Of a stretch of 64,000 nucleotides of DNA, positions 11,531 to 25,665 are shown one piece after another. This stretch comes from Stegostoma tigrinum. Taxonomy: Eukaryota. Below the pieces are notes generated by a model that saw nothing but the letters and a program-made list of their open reading frames with translations, was not told the origin of the DNA and searched no databases. Each line of letters starts with the position of its first letter. Position 1 is the first letter of the stretch. The stretch spans positions 4,464,001 through 4,528,000 of the forward strand of contig NC_081396.1 in NCBI RefSeq assembly GCF_030684315.1, written 5' to 3'. The position numbers were made by a program, and so were the translations under genes.

Positions 11531-12639
11531 CAGGCAATGGAGTTAGGAAGATTACTTTGTTCTGACTAAAAGCACAAAACCTCCAGGATCGGTAGACCTT
11601 CAGTTACGCACTGATAAATGTCCACCTAACATGCCCAATTAAACGTTCATCAGTCAAGAATATCACATTCAGTCGCGAATACAGACACATTGAGAACTGT
11701 GAGACCCATGACAGAATTCGGCACCGATAAAATAAACCGTTCTCAGCATCTGAAACCTGTCCATTCTGGACACACTGAAGCTTCCTCTGCGAGTTTGATT
11801 TTATTTAGTTTGGGGGCTATTCATGTAATATGAATCCTTACGACAACAGCTGTTTATAATCACCAACCAATTAAAATGATCTTTGGTCAAATCTGATAAA
11901 TTGGCCAGAAAGAGCATCAACAAACGAGGTACGTATGTCAGGTATTTTCTTTATTTTCTCAATTTACTATTCAACACTTAAACGTGAATATTATACCTGA
12001 ACGAGAGACTGATGATCACCTTAAATGCATGCAACCATTACACAAGTGCAAATGCACAAAATTAAAATGAATTGCACGCTAAATTAAATTGGGCACACAC
12101 GGAGAATCTTCCAAACTATTGGAGCAAGAGTCGTATTCTTTCACCACTGCTGGAAGATTTAAATGGGCAAAGTATCTGAAAGAAACACACAGGCAGATTT
12201 GCAGTGTGGAAATCTAAACGACAACAGAAATTGATAGTGTACAAACCATTACGTTCATATTGACTATAGAAGCAGTGCTGTTAAATGTGCGAGATGCTCG
12301 GACAAATTTCTGTGCCTACTCTGTGACAGACACAGAAATTAATCTCGATCCATCACAACATTTCTTTCAAAGCATCTTGCCAGGCTCGTATTTTTTGGAA
12401 TGTCCCAAATAATCCCGAGGTCACAGCGCAGTTTACAGGAAATTTAATTGATTGAACCACTCGCTTCTTTAAAATGAACTTCACTTTATCTAATTTTGAG
12501 TTGTTTCAATTGTCAATTATATTTGACCAGCGTCTGAAAGTTTTCCAATCCTTCCTCAGTGGAAGTAATTTCTCACTATCCAATTCTACTAAAACCATCA
12601 GGATTTTCAGAAAATCAGCCATATTTAAAATTGCTGATC

Positions 12640-13600
12640 AAAGGAGGAGAACAGTCCTGACTTTGCAATATCGGTGAGGTGCATCATCCCAGGAAACGTG
12701 CAGTGATATTGACATGCTGGTGGCTCCAGACTTCGTCTTCATCAAAAAAAAGTGTCTTCTGAAACTGGACGCAGTTTTCCAGGTGAGCTGAGCGACTGTT
12801 TTATTTAAGTTTAACGTAATTCCTTTCATTTTTACCTCCAGCAGTATTAATGAAGAAATGCATTTTCTGCACTTCCCCTGACATGTCATGGCACATTCAC
12901 TGATTTGTGCACATAGTCAGGGAGGATCCTCAGCAGATTGGATGGCTCGGCAACTCTTTCCCACATGCTGAGCGTTGAATGGCTTCTCCCCAGTATCAGT
13001 TCGGTGCTGTGTAATGAATTTACAAGACTGCCTGAATATCCTTCCACAGGTATGGCAGCAGAATTGTTTTCCTTCATTTTGAGATGGAACGTATGACAAG
13101 GGGATGATGGACTTTAAAAATTCCTTCCCACACATGAAGCGAGTCAATGACTTAACCCACAAATAGCTGTGATGATGTTTTCCCGGAGAAGAAAGAATCG
13201 AATTCTGCAGTGCCCAAATACTCATGGATATTCTGTGGTGCTGGTCTCCTTCTGAGTGTGGTCATGCTTTGTTAGCCTGGGTGGATAATTAAATACTCTG
13301 CCACAATTCTGACATCGCCACAGTTTCTTCATTTTGCTGGTTTTCTCTTGTCTCTGCAGTTTGAATGATCAGTTGAAGTCTCATATACACACACTACACT
13401 TAGTTTTGTGTCAATCTGAATATTGCATTTGTTTTAATTTCGACAATTGAAACCTTTCCCATATTCAGTGAGGTTGAAATCTGTCACTGAAATGCATATG
13501 TGCCTCAGAGAATTTGCAGTCACACTGACCTTTGAACTGTTATAACACAGGCAGGGCAGGCAAATATTTCACATATCATATTTAGTGATCAATTACAGTC
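12640..13600 (-). pseudogene. C2H2 zinc-finger gene relic
   Basis: FCCHTCGRIFRQSCKFITQHRTDTGEKPF and further broken CGK/TGEKP repeats with frameshifts. Confidence 0.75.
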
Positions 13601-13700
13601 AGGTCCAGATAATTCATGCGATTGACAAATTTTCGTGCATTGTTTTGTTTGCGTTTCCCATCTGAAACTTGCAACACTCTAAAATGAGTTTACCAAAGAC

Positions 13701-13905
13701 AACAATATAATGCTGTGGCTGGAAGAACACAGCAGGCCAGGCAGCATCTTAGGAGCACAAAAGCTGTCGTTTCAGGCGTAGAATGAAGGGTCTAGGCCCG
13801 AAACGTCAGCTTTTCGGCTCCTAAAATGCTGCTTGCCCTGCTGTGTTCATCCAGGACCACAATTCATTATCTTGGATTCTGCAGCATCTGCAGTTCCCAT
13901 TATGT
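13701..13905. mobile_element. Miniature palindromic Penelope pseudo-LTR element
   Basis: Two opposed copies of the pLTR end (gaacacagcaggc...aaagctg / cagctttt...gctgtgttc) plus the same tail as 6957-6988; hammerhead core truncated. Confidence 0.85.
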
Positions 13906-14004
13906 CATGAGATAATACTAGTTTCTTTCCGTTGAGTTCCAAACATATTCTAATTATTTCATTCCTCAAATCTTCGTGTTTTACCATCATATCCCATGTT
14001 TTGT

Positions 14005-15285
14005 TTCAATTCCATCTCCTATTCCCAACTCCTCCACCTCCGCCACATCTCCTCCCAGTATGAGGCATTCCACTCCCGCCCATCCCAGATGTTCACGTTC
14101 TACAAGGACCGCAACTTTCCCCCCACAGTGATCGAGAACGGCCTTGACTGCGTCTCCCACATTTCCCGCAACACATCCCTCAGACCCAGCCCCGCCACAA
14201 CCGGCCCAAGAGGATCCCCCTCATTCTTAGATACAACGCCGCCAAACGCTGGTTACAACGCATCATCCTCCGAAACTTCCGTCATCTGCAATCCGACCCC
14301 ACCACCCGAGCCATTTTTCCATCCCCAACCTTGCCTGTCTTCCGGAGAGACAACTCTCTCCGTGACTCCCTTGTCCGCTCCACATTCCCCTTCAATCCCA
14401 CCACACCCAGCACCTTCCTCTGCAACCGCAGTAAGTGCTACACGCGCCCCAACACCTCCTCCCTCACCCCCATCCCAGGCCCCAAGATGACCTTCCATAT
14501 TAAGCAGGTGTTCACCTGCACATCTGCCAATCTGTTGCACTGTATCCATTGTACCTGGTGTGGCTTCCTCTACATTGGAGAAACCAAGCTGAGGCTTGTG
14601 AACCACTTTGCAGGACACCTCCTCTCATTTCACAATAAACAACTGCACCTCCCAGTCGCGAACCATTTTAACTCCCCCTCCCCTTCCTCAGACGACATGT
14701 CTACCATGGGCCTCCTGCAGTGCCACAATGATGCCACGCAAAGATTGCAAAAACAGCAACTCATATTTTGCTTGGGACTTCTGCAGCCCAATGGTATCAA
14801 TGTGGACTTCACAAGCTTCAAAATCTCCCCTTCCCCCACTGCATCCCTAAACCAGCCCAGATCTTCCGCTCCCTCCACTGCATCACAAAACCAGCCCAGC
14901 TCGTCCGCTCCACCCACTGCAACACAAAACCAGACCACCCTGTCTCCGCTTCACTCACCTGTTCTTCCTCTCAGCCAGCCCTTCCTCCCACCACAAACCA
15001 CACCTCCATTTCCTACCTATTGCCTCATCCGACCTCCGTGACCTGTCTGTCTTCCCTGGACTGACCTGTCCCCTCCCTCCCTCCCCACCTATACTCTCCT
15101 CTCTACCTATCTTCTTTTCTCTCCATCTTCGGTCCGCCTTCCCCTCTCTCCCTATTTATTCCAGTGCCTTCTCCCCATCCCCATCTCTGATGAAGTGTCT
15201 AGGCCCGAAACGTCAGCTTTAATGCTCCTGAGATGCTGCTTGGCCTGCTGACTTCATGCAGCTTTACACTTTGTTGTTTTGGTTT
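14005..15285 (+). mobile_element. Penelope-like element 3' part (RT C-terminus, GIY-YIG endonuclease, pLTR)
   Basis: ORF 14331-15041: FTCTSANLLHCIHCTWCGFLYIGETK...HLPVANHF...GINVDF; same family as 5884-6988; hammerhead core CTGATGA...GAAACGTC at 15187-15214. Confidence 0.9.
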
Positions 15286-17394
15286 CAGTTCTCCAGCTTG
15301 TGGACACACGGGAAAGTAAATCAAGAAGCAAATGATTTTCTTGTCAGGTCATTGACATCTTAATTGTCTCTTCTCCAGCTCTACAAATGGACACATTCAA
15401 ATGGCTCAATTTACAAAATGTTTTTTTTCCTGTATGCACCTCTGACGACCTGTTCCTATTTCCACAGCACATAGTCTGAACTCAGAGTCAGGTGTCTCAG
15501 ATTGCAGTTCGGAAACTCTCGAGATGGCACCGGCTGTCACAAAGTCATCATGCTGTCACGGAAATGACATTTGACGTTGTTCTCAAACAAGATAGCTGCC
15601 AGTTGGTCCCGTGGGTGATACACGTGACCTGAGACCAATGATCCTGGTGCTTTGGCATCAACCAAATGTTTCCAGTCCTACTGCCTTTGACACACTCCAT
15701 CATTGGATGCAGTGGAGCCTTGTCATTCAGCCCCAGCGAACTCCCCGGGATATTACTGAAACTTCCCGCTCACCGGGTAATGTCATTCCTCCCCAAAATT
15801 CAGACGCATGATCTGCAACCCTCTGCGCATACTCCAGGTCACTGTGGGGCTTGGATGATTGATATCAGGTCCATGCCAAGAGGAAGACCACAGAGGGAAG
15901 AGGCCGAAGGGCCAGAGGCTCTTTTGAAACCAATCGGGAGAATGAAGTGTGAAGCTGAGCCTGTGTATCGTTCATTGATTGCAATTTTGCCTCATTTGGA
16001 GACCTAATTTGCCCGACACTCCATGGTAAAATTGGATCTTTCTGTTGGTGGATTTAAAAATGTAAATATCGGTGGTGATGAAGCTAGAATTTCCACAAAT
16101 ATCATTGAAATGAGGGAACGCAGCGAAATAATTTACAAACAATTAGAATACTACCTAGAAGAAATAAGCACACAGATAACATTGTTACATCATTCCAACA
16201 GAAGTCAAAAATTCAGAAGCAGAAATTGTACAAATGGTCATGTCAGCGAGCTGCAGACACAAGATCGATGAAGTGGGGATTTTCGTTCTCATTTCAAGTG
16301 CTGCGGACGAAAGAGCTTTTGCACAATTTGTTTTGCCTTAATTAGCACTGACATATTTTATCAGTGTAAACTTGCTTAAAACAATTTAAACAATTGATGC
16401 TTTGTGCGTTGTCTTTGAACAATATAAAGTGAGTGTTCATTTTTTCTTCCATCTATTTTAACTTTTGAACAGATGAGTGCAGTGACAGAATCTTCAAAAG
16501 TCAGATCTGAAGAACATGTTTTAATGGATGAGACTTGCTCATTTCAACAAAACAGGCATGAATAGATTTTTTTAAAATTAAAAAGAAAATAAACGAACTG
16601 CAATGCTACTTATCTGTCAGAAATGATCCATTAACAAAATTCCCAGCACAGCTGAGAGACCATTCAGTGCTGTGCTGTATTTGAGACATCGTGAAATGGA
16701 ACACAGTCAGTGCCAGTCGAGGAAAAATAATTGATAAAGTGAATCAGAACTAAATACTTAATAGGAATGTTTAACTTTGCATGAGTGCTGACTGTGCCGG
16801 CTACAGAATGTATACTATGAGAAGTGAATAATATTTTATTTTCGACATCAGCTAATGGAACAAGCTGCCGTTGTATGTTGTTTGTCCATGTCAACGCCAA
16901 ATGTTCGTGATCATTGGGAAAATCAATTATCGAAAGGCCAGATAGAAACATGGAGGCCAATTATATCCAAATCATGACACCACTTCCCCGGCCACACCCC
17001 ACCCAACAGTCCAACGACAAGAGAGACAATTATCATTTTGAACAAAATTAGAATGCAATGCCAAACTCACATTCAGCATGTTATTGGAAAAAGCCATCAC
17101 AGATGATTAGTCCAATTTAGCTCTCTGTTCTTCTATTGTCTCTGCAACGCCTTTATGTCTGAATTCAAGTAAACGATTTTTTTCTTTTCTTTGTTCTCTG
17201 GTCGTGTTTCATCGCTTTCGAAATTGCCATGCCATCAGTGAACAGCTAACGCCAAATTGAAATAGTTTGAAATTTCTCTCTTACCAGCTGGTGTTCATGT
17301 CAGACCGGAAAATGTGTTAAAATTTTATAATATTGAGCGAATCGTTGTTCACTTCAGATCGCAGAGTATTTGCAACATACATTATCCATTCAAC

Positions 17395-17610
17395 ATCCTG
17401 GCTTAGAAATAGATCATCATCCTTCATTGTTATAGAGTTTTAATCCTGGAAATCTGTCTTGGAAGGCATTGAGGGTCGAACAGCAACATTTGTCCACCAG
17501 CTGTCAAAGAAGGCAGATAGCACCATCATCCGAAGGTGCAACGAGAGACGGGCAATAGATGCTGACCCTGCCTGGTCCATCTACCTTCCAAGACTACGTT
17601 GAAAAAAAGA
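17395..17610 (+). mobile_element. SINE/LINE 3' fragment of a common shark repeat (related copies ~36490-36640 -, ~38000-38345 -, ~43170-43350 +)
   Basis: Shared 'caaagaaggcag...caccatcatc...gggcaatagatgctg' tail motif. Confidence 0.55.
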
Positions 17611-19939
17611 AATAATCTATGTGCTCTGAGGACAGAGAATGGAGAGAAGTTGTACAGAAAACAAAATTGTGAGAGAATCATCAGGACTCTAGGGATATGT
17701 CTCATTTGGATCAGTGACGCGTGGAGAGACAGAGAAAGTGTAATTTCCACAGCAACGGGATGTTTGAGCACTAACCATCATAGAGTTTCAGAGCAATGAA
17801 TTAATTTTCATATGCATTGGAGCCACAGTTCTGAATACTGGTTTCAGAGCATTGTGATATGCTTATTTAATAGGGAAAACAGAGATAATGTGAGTGTGTA
17901 AAGCTGGCAGAAGAACAATCGTCTTATCGAATGAGAGAGCTGCAAGACCTCGATTTGCAAGTAAAGAATGATATCTGTTTTCTGATTATAGAGATAGAGA
18001 GGGAAAAATATCAAAACGTACGAATAGAGGGACAGATACAAAATAAAAACAAGACAGGGACGAAGTGAGAGAGAGAGATGAACAGCACTTAATTTATTTC
18101 CTCAATAGTAGATGAGATTAATTTGTTCAGAAATTTTGAAACCTTCAGCAAGTTAAAGATCTGCTCTGGCAGAGACTGATGTTAATGCATCAAAAACATT
18201 CAGATTAGAAACGCTTAACTTTCCAGAATTTAATAGAACAGAACAGAAGATATGGAAGAATTATATGTCCATTTCGTACGTCGAGTCGTCTCTACCATTC
18301 GATAATGGTCTAAAATGAAACATTCCAACATTTTTCATTTGCCTCAGTTATATTGCGGTCAACTACAGTGACCCGTGCAAATTGGGAAAAAAAACTCCTT
18401 TGCAAAGTATGAACGTTTCCACTTTCAAACTACAGAATGTAAGAGCACGAAAGGAGATCACTGTACCTGTTGCACCTTCGCCAGGTCCGAATAAGAATGA
18501 CTGAGCTATCTCCATCGCCCACTGAACTCATCACTTTCTAAAGTATCCCCAGTTCTCTTCCGTTTTGAACCTCCAAAGGAATCCGCCTCCCCGAAACAAT
18601 CTTGACAGCATATTCCAAATCTTAACACTCTCTCAGTTAAAAAAAACCCTCGATCTTTTGCTGACAATTTTGCAGCTATGAGCCATGATTACTCAACTAC
18701 GATCCTCAGAGTTTGAGAGCAATGCATCTATCAACGTTTTTTTTCTCTATTCAGTAGTTCATTTGGACTAAAAACCGATGAACATGTGTTTTTGTGTAAT
18801 GTAGCTGCTTAAAGTCCCATATCTTTTGATTGTGAAAACTCGTGGTAATTTCTATTGGAATCGCAAAGGAGGAGAAGAACGTTTTTTTTAAAAAAAGCAG
18901 AATCAGAAGCGTTCTTTTCCTTTCTCTTACTCTCTATTCCTTATATTTTTTGCATTCCTCACTTTGTCTATTTCTCTCCGTCTCTTCCTGGGTATCACAT
19001 GTTCTCTAAGAAAACTGTATTAATCCTTGCAGGGATTGTTCTGCCGATTCATGTCTCACAGAATTTTGCTGCCCCTATCATCCTCACGATTTAAAATTGT
19101 TTTCTTTTATCCTGTTTTTTTTTTCGGATATTGCTGAACGTTGAATGATTAAAGGTGTCTTTCAGGATCGGTTAACCTATTACTTTTGATGTAATTGCAG
19201 GCCAGAAATTGGCGTTTTCAAATTCCAGTGTGACCAGGACTGAAATGCACTCTTCATGAATCGATTTACTCCCAAAACAGTTATAATCCAATCAGTGACA
19301 ATTTGTACATGCAGTCTGCACAACTTGTTTCATGGTGAATATTCTGCTCAAAACACTCTTGCTCATTTGTACATCTTACAGACTTAACAGTAAGAAACAA
19401 TCTGATGCCAGGCATATTGAAGATAATCTGCTCCCAACTCCCTCTGTTCTCTGCCCTTCTCCTTCGGAGTTACAATTGATTGCATGCAGTCACACAGTCC
19501 TTTGACAAGACCAGAGGAGATCATGTCGGCAACTGTCTTCAGACAGTGCTCAGGGAATAACAATGCATTCTTTATCCAACCATGAAAAAGTTGTTGCCGT
19601 TTGCTGAAATAAACCAGAATAAGCATGCATTTCAGTTAAGATTAAGAAAACGAAGCGTTTTAGACAAGGAAGTCTTTTTTTAAAATTGCCTTACTCTTCA
19701 TTTTTTCTGAATTTTCGAGCATGCATTTCCTCCGCTTGTTCAATGATTTCATTCAAACAATTAGATTTGGGACGAAATACTTTAATATCTGTTAAGAGTA
19801 GGAGCAAAGCATACGTCGTCAGCCGCCCTCATGCCATCACTTAGCAACATAATTGCTGATACATTCATGTTTCTAGTTCCACCAACTCATTTAATAGTAA
19901 TAGCTTTTCTTGTTTTTGTATCACTTAGATTTTACAAAA

Positions 19940-22900
19940 GACTTTTGCATGGGTTTCAGATTGAACTTGCCATTTGCGTACATAGTTAGCTTAATTGCAG
20001 AAAATGGAATTAGTGGCAGATGTTTTATTTCGGCCTCGAGGTTTGTGAATGGCAGTGTTCAACAGGGGTTGGTTTCGGGTCTTCTTTTTAGTTGTCATTG
20101 ATAAAAATGATTTGTTTGAGAAATATAGAAGGCACAGTAAGTAAGTTTTTGGATGACATGAAATTTGTTGTTTTTTGTGGACAGTGAAGAAGGCTTTCGA
20201 ATATCACAAAGGGAGCTTGATAAAATGGATCAATGGGCTGAAAATGACAGATAGAGTTTAGTCTATATGTGTGTGAGGTATGGTGTTTCGTTGCAACAAA
20301 CAAGGACATAGCTGATACAATTAATGCTCGAACAATATAGGGGACAAATCTCGGGAACCAGACACGTAATTCGTGAAAGTTTGTGTCACTTGCACAGGAT
20401 CATTTAAAAAGGCATTTGGCACACTTGCCTTCATTATTTAATCCTTTGAACATAGGGTTTGAGATGTTGTACAGGACATTGGTGAGGCCCCTGCTGGAAA
20501 AAAGGTCCCCAGTTGTGGTTCACCCAGTGATAAGAGGATATTATGAAGCTGGTGAGGCTTTCGAAGAGATTGATCAGGATGTTGCCGGGTGTGGATTTTT
20601 TGTCATTATTATTATTCACTGGAGCAGAGGAGGTTGAAAGGTGCCATAATAGAAGCTCGTAAAATAATGAGAGGCAAGGGCAGAGTCTTTGGCAGGTCTC
20701 TTTGCCAAAAGAAGTGGAATTTGGAGACTAGGCAGCATATTTTCAAAGTGAGACGGGAGATACTGAAAAAAAAAATGTCATGAAGCTTTTTTTTATCCAC
20801 GAGCCTGTTTTCATCTGGAATGAAATTCCGGCTGAAGTGGTGAATGAGGATAAAATTAGAATGCTTAAAATACATTTGGATGGGGATGTAAACAAGAAAG
20901 TTTCGAAGACATATGGTCCAGGAGCAGGGCGTTGGGACACGTTCAGCTTGGAATTATTTATGGCATGGATTAACTAGGCCGGAGTGTCTAATCTATGTGT
21001 CTCCAGAGCAAAAAAAGCATCTGCCTACCTACTTCTTTAAGCATTTAATGTTCCTTCCACTACTGTCTTCTGAATCAATGTTCCAAAGGTGAACGACTAC
21101 CTTGTCTCACTGCTAAGCAATAGCTGCCAATTTGAAAACCATTATCCATATTTGTGGATTGATGAAGCAGACAAAATATGTTTTCAGTGCAAACCTTATC
21201 AAGAGCATTCTGGAATGTGCAAACTTAAATCAAGTCACTGCTCATTTGTACCAGCTTCACTCCAACCTATCTTGATCAGACACTCCACTTTGTTAAGGTC
21301 AAAATCTCTCCTGAAGCATTTATAATTACATCCTATGTTAAAGCTGAAAGCCAAGCTCCGCACAGCTTGTGTGTCATAGCATCATCAATGCCCTCTAGAA
21401 TTAAAGCACATCATTGTTAACTTTCTGTTCAACTCATCTAGCAACAAAGATTAGCATCTCATTTGCCTTCTTGCCAGCTATCTGTGCCAGAATACTGACT
21501 TTTTGTGATTCGTGCACATGAACAATTAAATTCTTCGAAAACTACGCAGTTGTTCTCCGTTTTGTAACTTCCGGGTGTTTTCAAATCTTATATTGTTGCA
21601 CATTTTGCTATTGTCTGCAAACTTAACGACAATATCTTCGTTCAACTGACCAACGTCATTTATTTACGTTTTCAATATTTGAGCATCCAACAAAGTCAGA
21701 TTCAGCTTGTCACATCATTCCAATTCGGAAAATAAATGCCCCCTGATGATTTGTTATATTTTCCCCCGTCATCCAATCTTGTATTCAACATCGTATCCAT
21801 TCTCAACTGCCAAAGCTTTTATTTACCACGACAAACATGACAATAATCTCTGAATGTCGAAGTGCAGTAGCCTTAAGGTTTTCCTTTTTTCACGATTCAT
21901 TTTGCTTCTTCATGAAGCCCAACAAATTGGTCAAACATCATCTCCCATTGAAGAAGCCACGGTGAACCTTCCCTAGTGCTATGGATGTTGTCCATGGGCT
22001 CAGTGAGAACAAATTGGAGAAATACAGGTGCTGGACATCTGAATCATATACATAGAATAAAGGAGAAACTTAGCATGCCTGGCTGAATTTGTGGGAAGAA
22101 AGCAGAATTAGCAATTCAAGTCTTGTGGCTCTTCAGAAAACTGAGCTTTGGGAAAGAATAAATCGGCCGGAAACTTTACCACCGCTTTCAACCAACAAAT
22201 TCACGAAAGCAGTGTCAAACGTATGGTTATTGATGTTGTCAGGACATCAGATCAAGATTAATTTTCAGGAAGTGATTTCAAATTGAAGCCAGTCCAAACT
22301 GTCAACATTTTTCTTCTGGATGACCTATAGATTTTAGAGGTGCAGACTTGTTCTTTGAATGCTTTAACAGCAGCGTTGTTTGTTCTGTCTGTGTATTGGG
22401 TAATTTCCATTGTTAGTTCGGCATTTGTACTTTAAAAGAGTATTTAATGGTTCAAGGAATAAATTTAAAAAACATAATCAAGCATTCGACAAATATCGGA
22501 GCTGGATTGCAGCACATTTGGTAATGTGTATAATTCTGGTCTCTCTTCATTAGAAAATGCAGGAATGTAAAGCACAATATAAGAAAGATTATGCAACTGT
22601 GACTAGAATTGAGAGATAATAACTCACAGAAAGAAGTGTGTTGACTTGTGTTCCTTTCTCTACTAATGGGAAGACTAACGGTTAACTGGACTGATGTCTT
22701 TAAAATGTTTAAAAGATCTTATGTTGCGTACACAGAGGAGAACGTTGCAATTGAGGAAGATTCGAGAACTATAAATTTTAAAAATCAGTGGCACACAACA
22801 ATCGAATAAGATTTCAGTGGAAAAATTGTTTAGCCTTAGAACAGGAAAAATATGAATCTTAATGCAACAGTGGTGATTTGATTTGAAGAATAAAGTTGTG

Positions 22901-23050
22901 TTTTAAAGGGAACGATGCAAACTGTGGAGTGGGACAACGATGCAGGGTTTTGCTAATAAAATTGAGGAAGAGGTAGGAAGGATGTTTGTGGTAATTTCAG
23001 ACACAGGCATGAGCCAAATGATACGAACGAACTTTCACTCTTCTAACTTC
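19940..23050. mobile_element. Degenerate CR1 LINE relics (~19940-21000 +, ~21010-22000 -, ~22420-23050 +)
   Basis: LYRTLVRPLLE, SVQQGLVSG and WNEIPAEVV match CR1 ORF2 motifs seen in the better-preserved copies. Confidence 0.7.
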
Positions 23051-23231
23051 CACCTACTTCAGATAACATCATGAATTTCTGAATTGACACTACTTTGCTC
23101 GAATGTTTAAATCACTGATTTTGGCTGTGTTCACCTTGTGATCCACAGATGAGTGATGGGGTTTCTCTAGCTCTGTAGGATTCCTTGTTCATACAGATCG
23201 AGCTTTATCACTGACGATGTTTATTATTTGT

Positions 23232-23550
23232 TCTGATACCGTCAGTACCTCGGTAGATAGCCCGAGTTCGCAGTCTGAATGTTCAAATGCTGCGGTTCTG
23301 AAACAAAATGGCTTTCACGAAAATCCGCTTTTCTGATGTAGTCCAGCACTCGGACAAGTTCTACCACTTGACAATCCCGCAGCCCCTGTTGTCTGACTCC
23401 CCAGTCTATGACTGTTTAATGAGTCTCCCCATGATTGGACTCAGTGAAAGCCTTGTACAGTCGCCACGAGAGGTTTCTGGGTCACATCTGCTGCCTGCTG
23501 ATGGCGACAATAACAGCAGGCCATCCACTGAAGATGCAGCAGATGGCCGT
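23232..23550 (-). pseudogene. TCR alpha/delta-type V segment relic, leader apparently uninterrupted
   Basis: (ACG)AICCIFSGWPAVIVAISR / ADVTQKPLVATVQG / DWGVRQQG / RKADFRESHFVSEPQ / QTANS-AIYRGT (cf. D-x-A-x-Y-Y-C-A); several frameshifts. Confidence 0.55.
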
Positions 23551-23644
23551 GAGGGAAAAGTCCCTGAAGACAATTCAGACAAAGAGCATTTAAAGTTGGA
23601 TAATTCTGATTATTGCATTTGGAACGAGGAGTGAAACGGTTGTT

Positions 23645-24055
23645 GTTTGTTTTGTAATCTCTCCAAACTCTCCTTTCATTTTGGTAGAGAAAACAAACTC
23701 TGCAACCTGGCCATCACTGGCTGTATCCAGGGAACACAGATTCGTGAGGGTGAAAACATTAATTTTCGATGCGAAATTCCAGAAAGTCTCATGGACTATA
23801 GACTGCCAGGTGAAGAAATTTCGAATAATTGCAGTAACCTGATTCAACAACACTCAAAGTTAAGGATACACATGGTAAAGACTCTGAATCTATTCCATAA
23901 CAAAGGAAAATGGATATGTTTCAAGTACATAATGCGATGATGATGTTCAATGATATATATGGCGATAATCTGAAAGGATTGGCAAGTGGTTTCCTCGGAA
24001 ATCTTCGTCAGAAAATCGATTAAATATTCAACTCTATAGGAGTGCTTTGACAAAT
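23645..24055 (-). pseudogene. Antigen-receptor V segment relic with degenerate RSS
   Basis: ttcag|at acceptor; SKHSYRVEYLIDFLTKISEET...NVFTLTNLCSLDTAS; heptamer-like caaaatg (23683-23677) followed 21-23 bp later by an A-rich nonamer-like tract. Confidence 0.4.
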
Positions 24056-24484
24056 CTGAATTTTAAGTGCACAAAAAGCATTTGCTTTATTTAAGAGTGA
24101 CCCATCTCACGTCACTGTCATGTTTCAGTCAAAATGAACGACTGGAAGACAATGCCCACAGATATTTTGGAAGCCAGTCTTTCTGAAAAGATTAAGTTAT
24201 AATTTGGCATAAATTCCCTCATCATATGTTTGAATGATGTTTGCAATGCACCGACATAAATGGAGCAAATGCAACCTTCTTCAATCAGCACCTATTAATC
24301 TCTGTTGTTGAATGTTCGATTTTATCTCAATTCACAGCTTAACAAGAAAACGTTCAATAAGTCCTGCTTTCTGTACAGGTCACACGGCCTGTGCATGTCC
24401 CACTGTCCACTCCACTTACGTTTTTTTCCCAATGACAAAATGTTTTCTTTCGTCCAAGGTTCCTCTGGTTCCAGTAACAGGATA

Positions 24485-24905
24485 TCTCAGCCCACAGCAA
24501 TACACAACGCTGTCAGACGGCTGCAGCTCACTCATAGTGGAATTCCCCTCACTTCTGGAATTGGCCAGAAATAGCAAAAATCAAGCAACAATGTCAAAAT
24601 TCTGACAACATTCCCATATTTAGTGATGAGGATTCTTAAGTTTGGAGACTTTCTGGGGTCCTGAAGGTACAATTCCAAGTAATATGTACAGTCTCTTGAC
24701 AAACAAGTGAAATAAATAGCCAGTGCATTACCTTCAAACTGTACCACAATAACTGGCTCCAGCGAAATCGAATCTGCACAATTAATGCGGACAGAAATAT
24801 CGAAAGAAAATGTCATTCAAATGATGATGATACCCCCTGTTACCACGTGATTGCTTACATTGCCATTTGGAGAAAGAAAACCAAAGTGAAATTTGCAATA
24901 AGCAT
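24485..24905 (-). pseudogene. TCR alpha/delta V pseudogene (leader exon 24905-24859, V exon ~24784-24485)
   Basis: Leader MLIANFTLVFFLQMA|gtaagc; V: DSISLEPVIVVQFEGNALAIYFT...YYLELYLQDPRKSPN...KYG / NSRSEGNSTMSELQPSDSVVYCCGLR; frameshift, stop, lost acceptor, decayed RSS. Confidence 0.8.
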
Positions 24906-25159
24906 ACTACCTAGATTTCGGCATTTGAAGACACCTTAACTTTCAAGTTAAGAGAGTTACAGCAGTGAGGAAAGAGCAAATATAAAGACCACACATGTTT
25001 GCAGAATTTATGGTTGGTTTGTAAAATAAAGCTAATTGAATTTAAATTGTTTCAGCAAAGATTCAACAATGTGTCTTATCAGGCCTCCATACCCATTGGG
25101 TTAGTGTCGGGCAGAGACACAAGGTTTCACACCATCAGCTTTTATTCTTCCTCTTCTCC

Positions 25160-25450
25160 AACCAATGACATCAAACTGCTGCTCAGTTGACCTGAGCGTG
25201 GGAGCTAGAGGAGATTGCTTGACCAATCAAACCGACTCGAACATGAATAAACTCGTGTTTGAAAGAATTCAGTTCAGGCAGAATCCATGTATCATTTCTG
25301 TGTTTCAAGATTCATTCATTTGTCAACAGTGGATTAAAATATACTCAAAGCCACAGCGAGAAGCATTTTCTGAGCCCAATAATGCCGAAAGGAGTTTTTT
25401 TTTTGTCTTTAACGGAGACAAGTTGGATATTTATAGTTCGGAATTAATGT
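25160..25450 (-). pseudogene. Highly decayed V segment relic
   Basis: ...NE*ILKHRND...NSFKHEF...SHAQVN*AAV*C resembles V C-terminal half; in register with neighbouring Vs. Confidence 0.33.
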
Positions 25451-25599
25451 CGTTGTTGGACCTCCTCCATTTGGTGCAATGCTCACTGATCATGTGCAAC
25501 TCGCATGTGAATTCTTCCACAGGAATGTACTGAATTGTCAATGTGAGACCCTATAAACTGCCCTCAACAGAGTGCAGATGGGACACAGATACCTGAAAT

Positions 25600-25638
25600 A
25601 GTTATTGTACGAGCGTTTAACTCATTCGCATCACAGTC
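25600..25638 (-). promoter_or_regulatory. Recombination signal sequence, 23-bp spacer
   Basis: Heptamer gactgtg (25638-25632), exactly 23 bp, nonamer acaataact (25608-25600), directly after YYCVIWS; the first heptamer base is not C, so probably non-functional. Confidence 0.8.
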
Positions 25639-25665
25639 AGACCAAATTACACAGTAATAGTCAGT

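Noticed and set aside
19384-19626. Exon-like minus segment with acceptor/donor-like ends
   Set aside because: No recognisable protein motif in any frame.
23249-23566. MHC class I alpha2-like reading (LHLQWMACC...DFRESHFVSEPQHL)
   Set aside because: A leader + ADVTQKP + AIYxG V reading explains the same DNA better and fits its neighbours; no alpha1/alpha3 exons found.
23647-23940. Plus-strand ORF with Ig-like IREGENINFRC
   Set aside because: No following Trp or YxC motif; antisense to a probable V relic.
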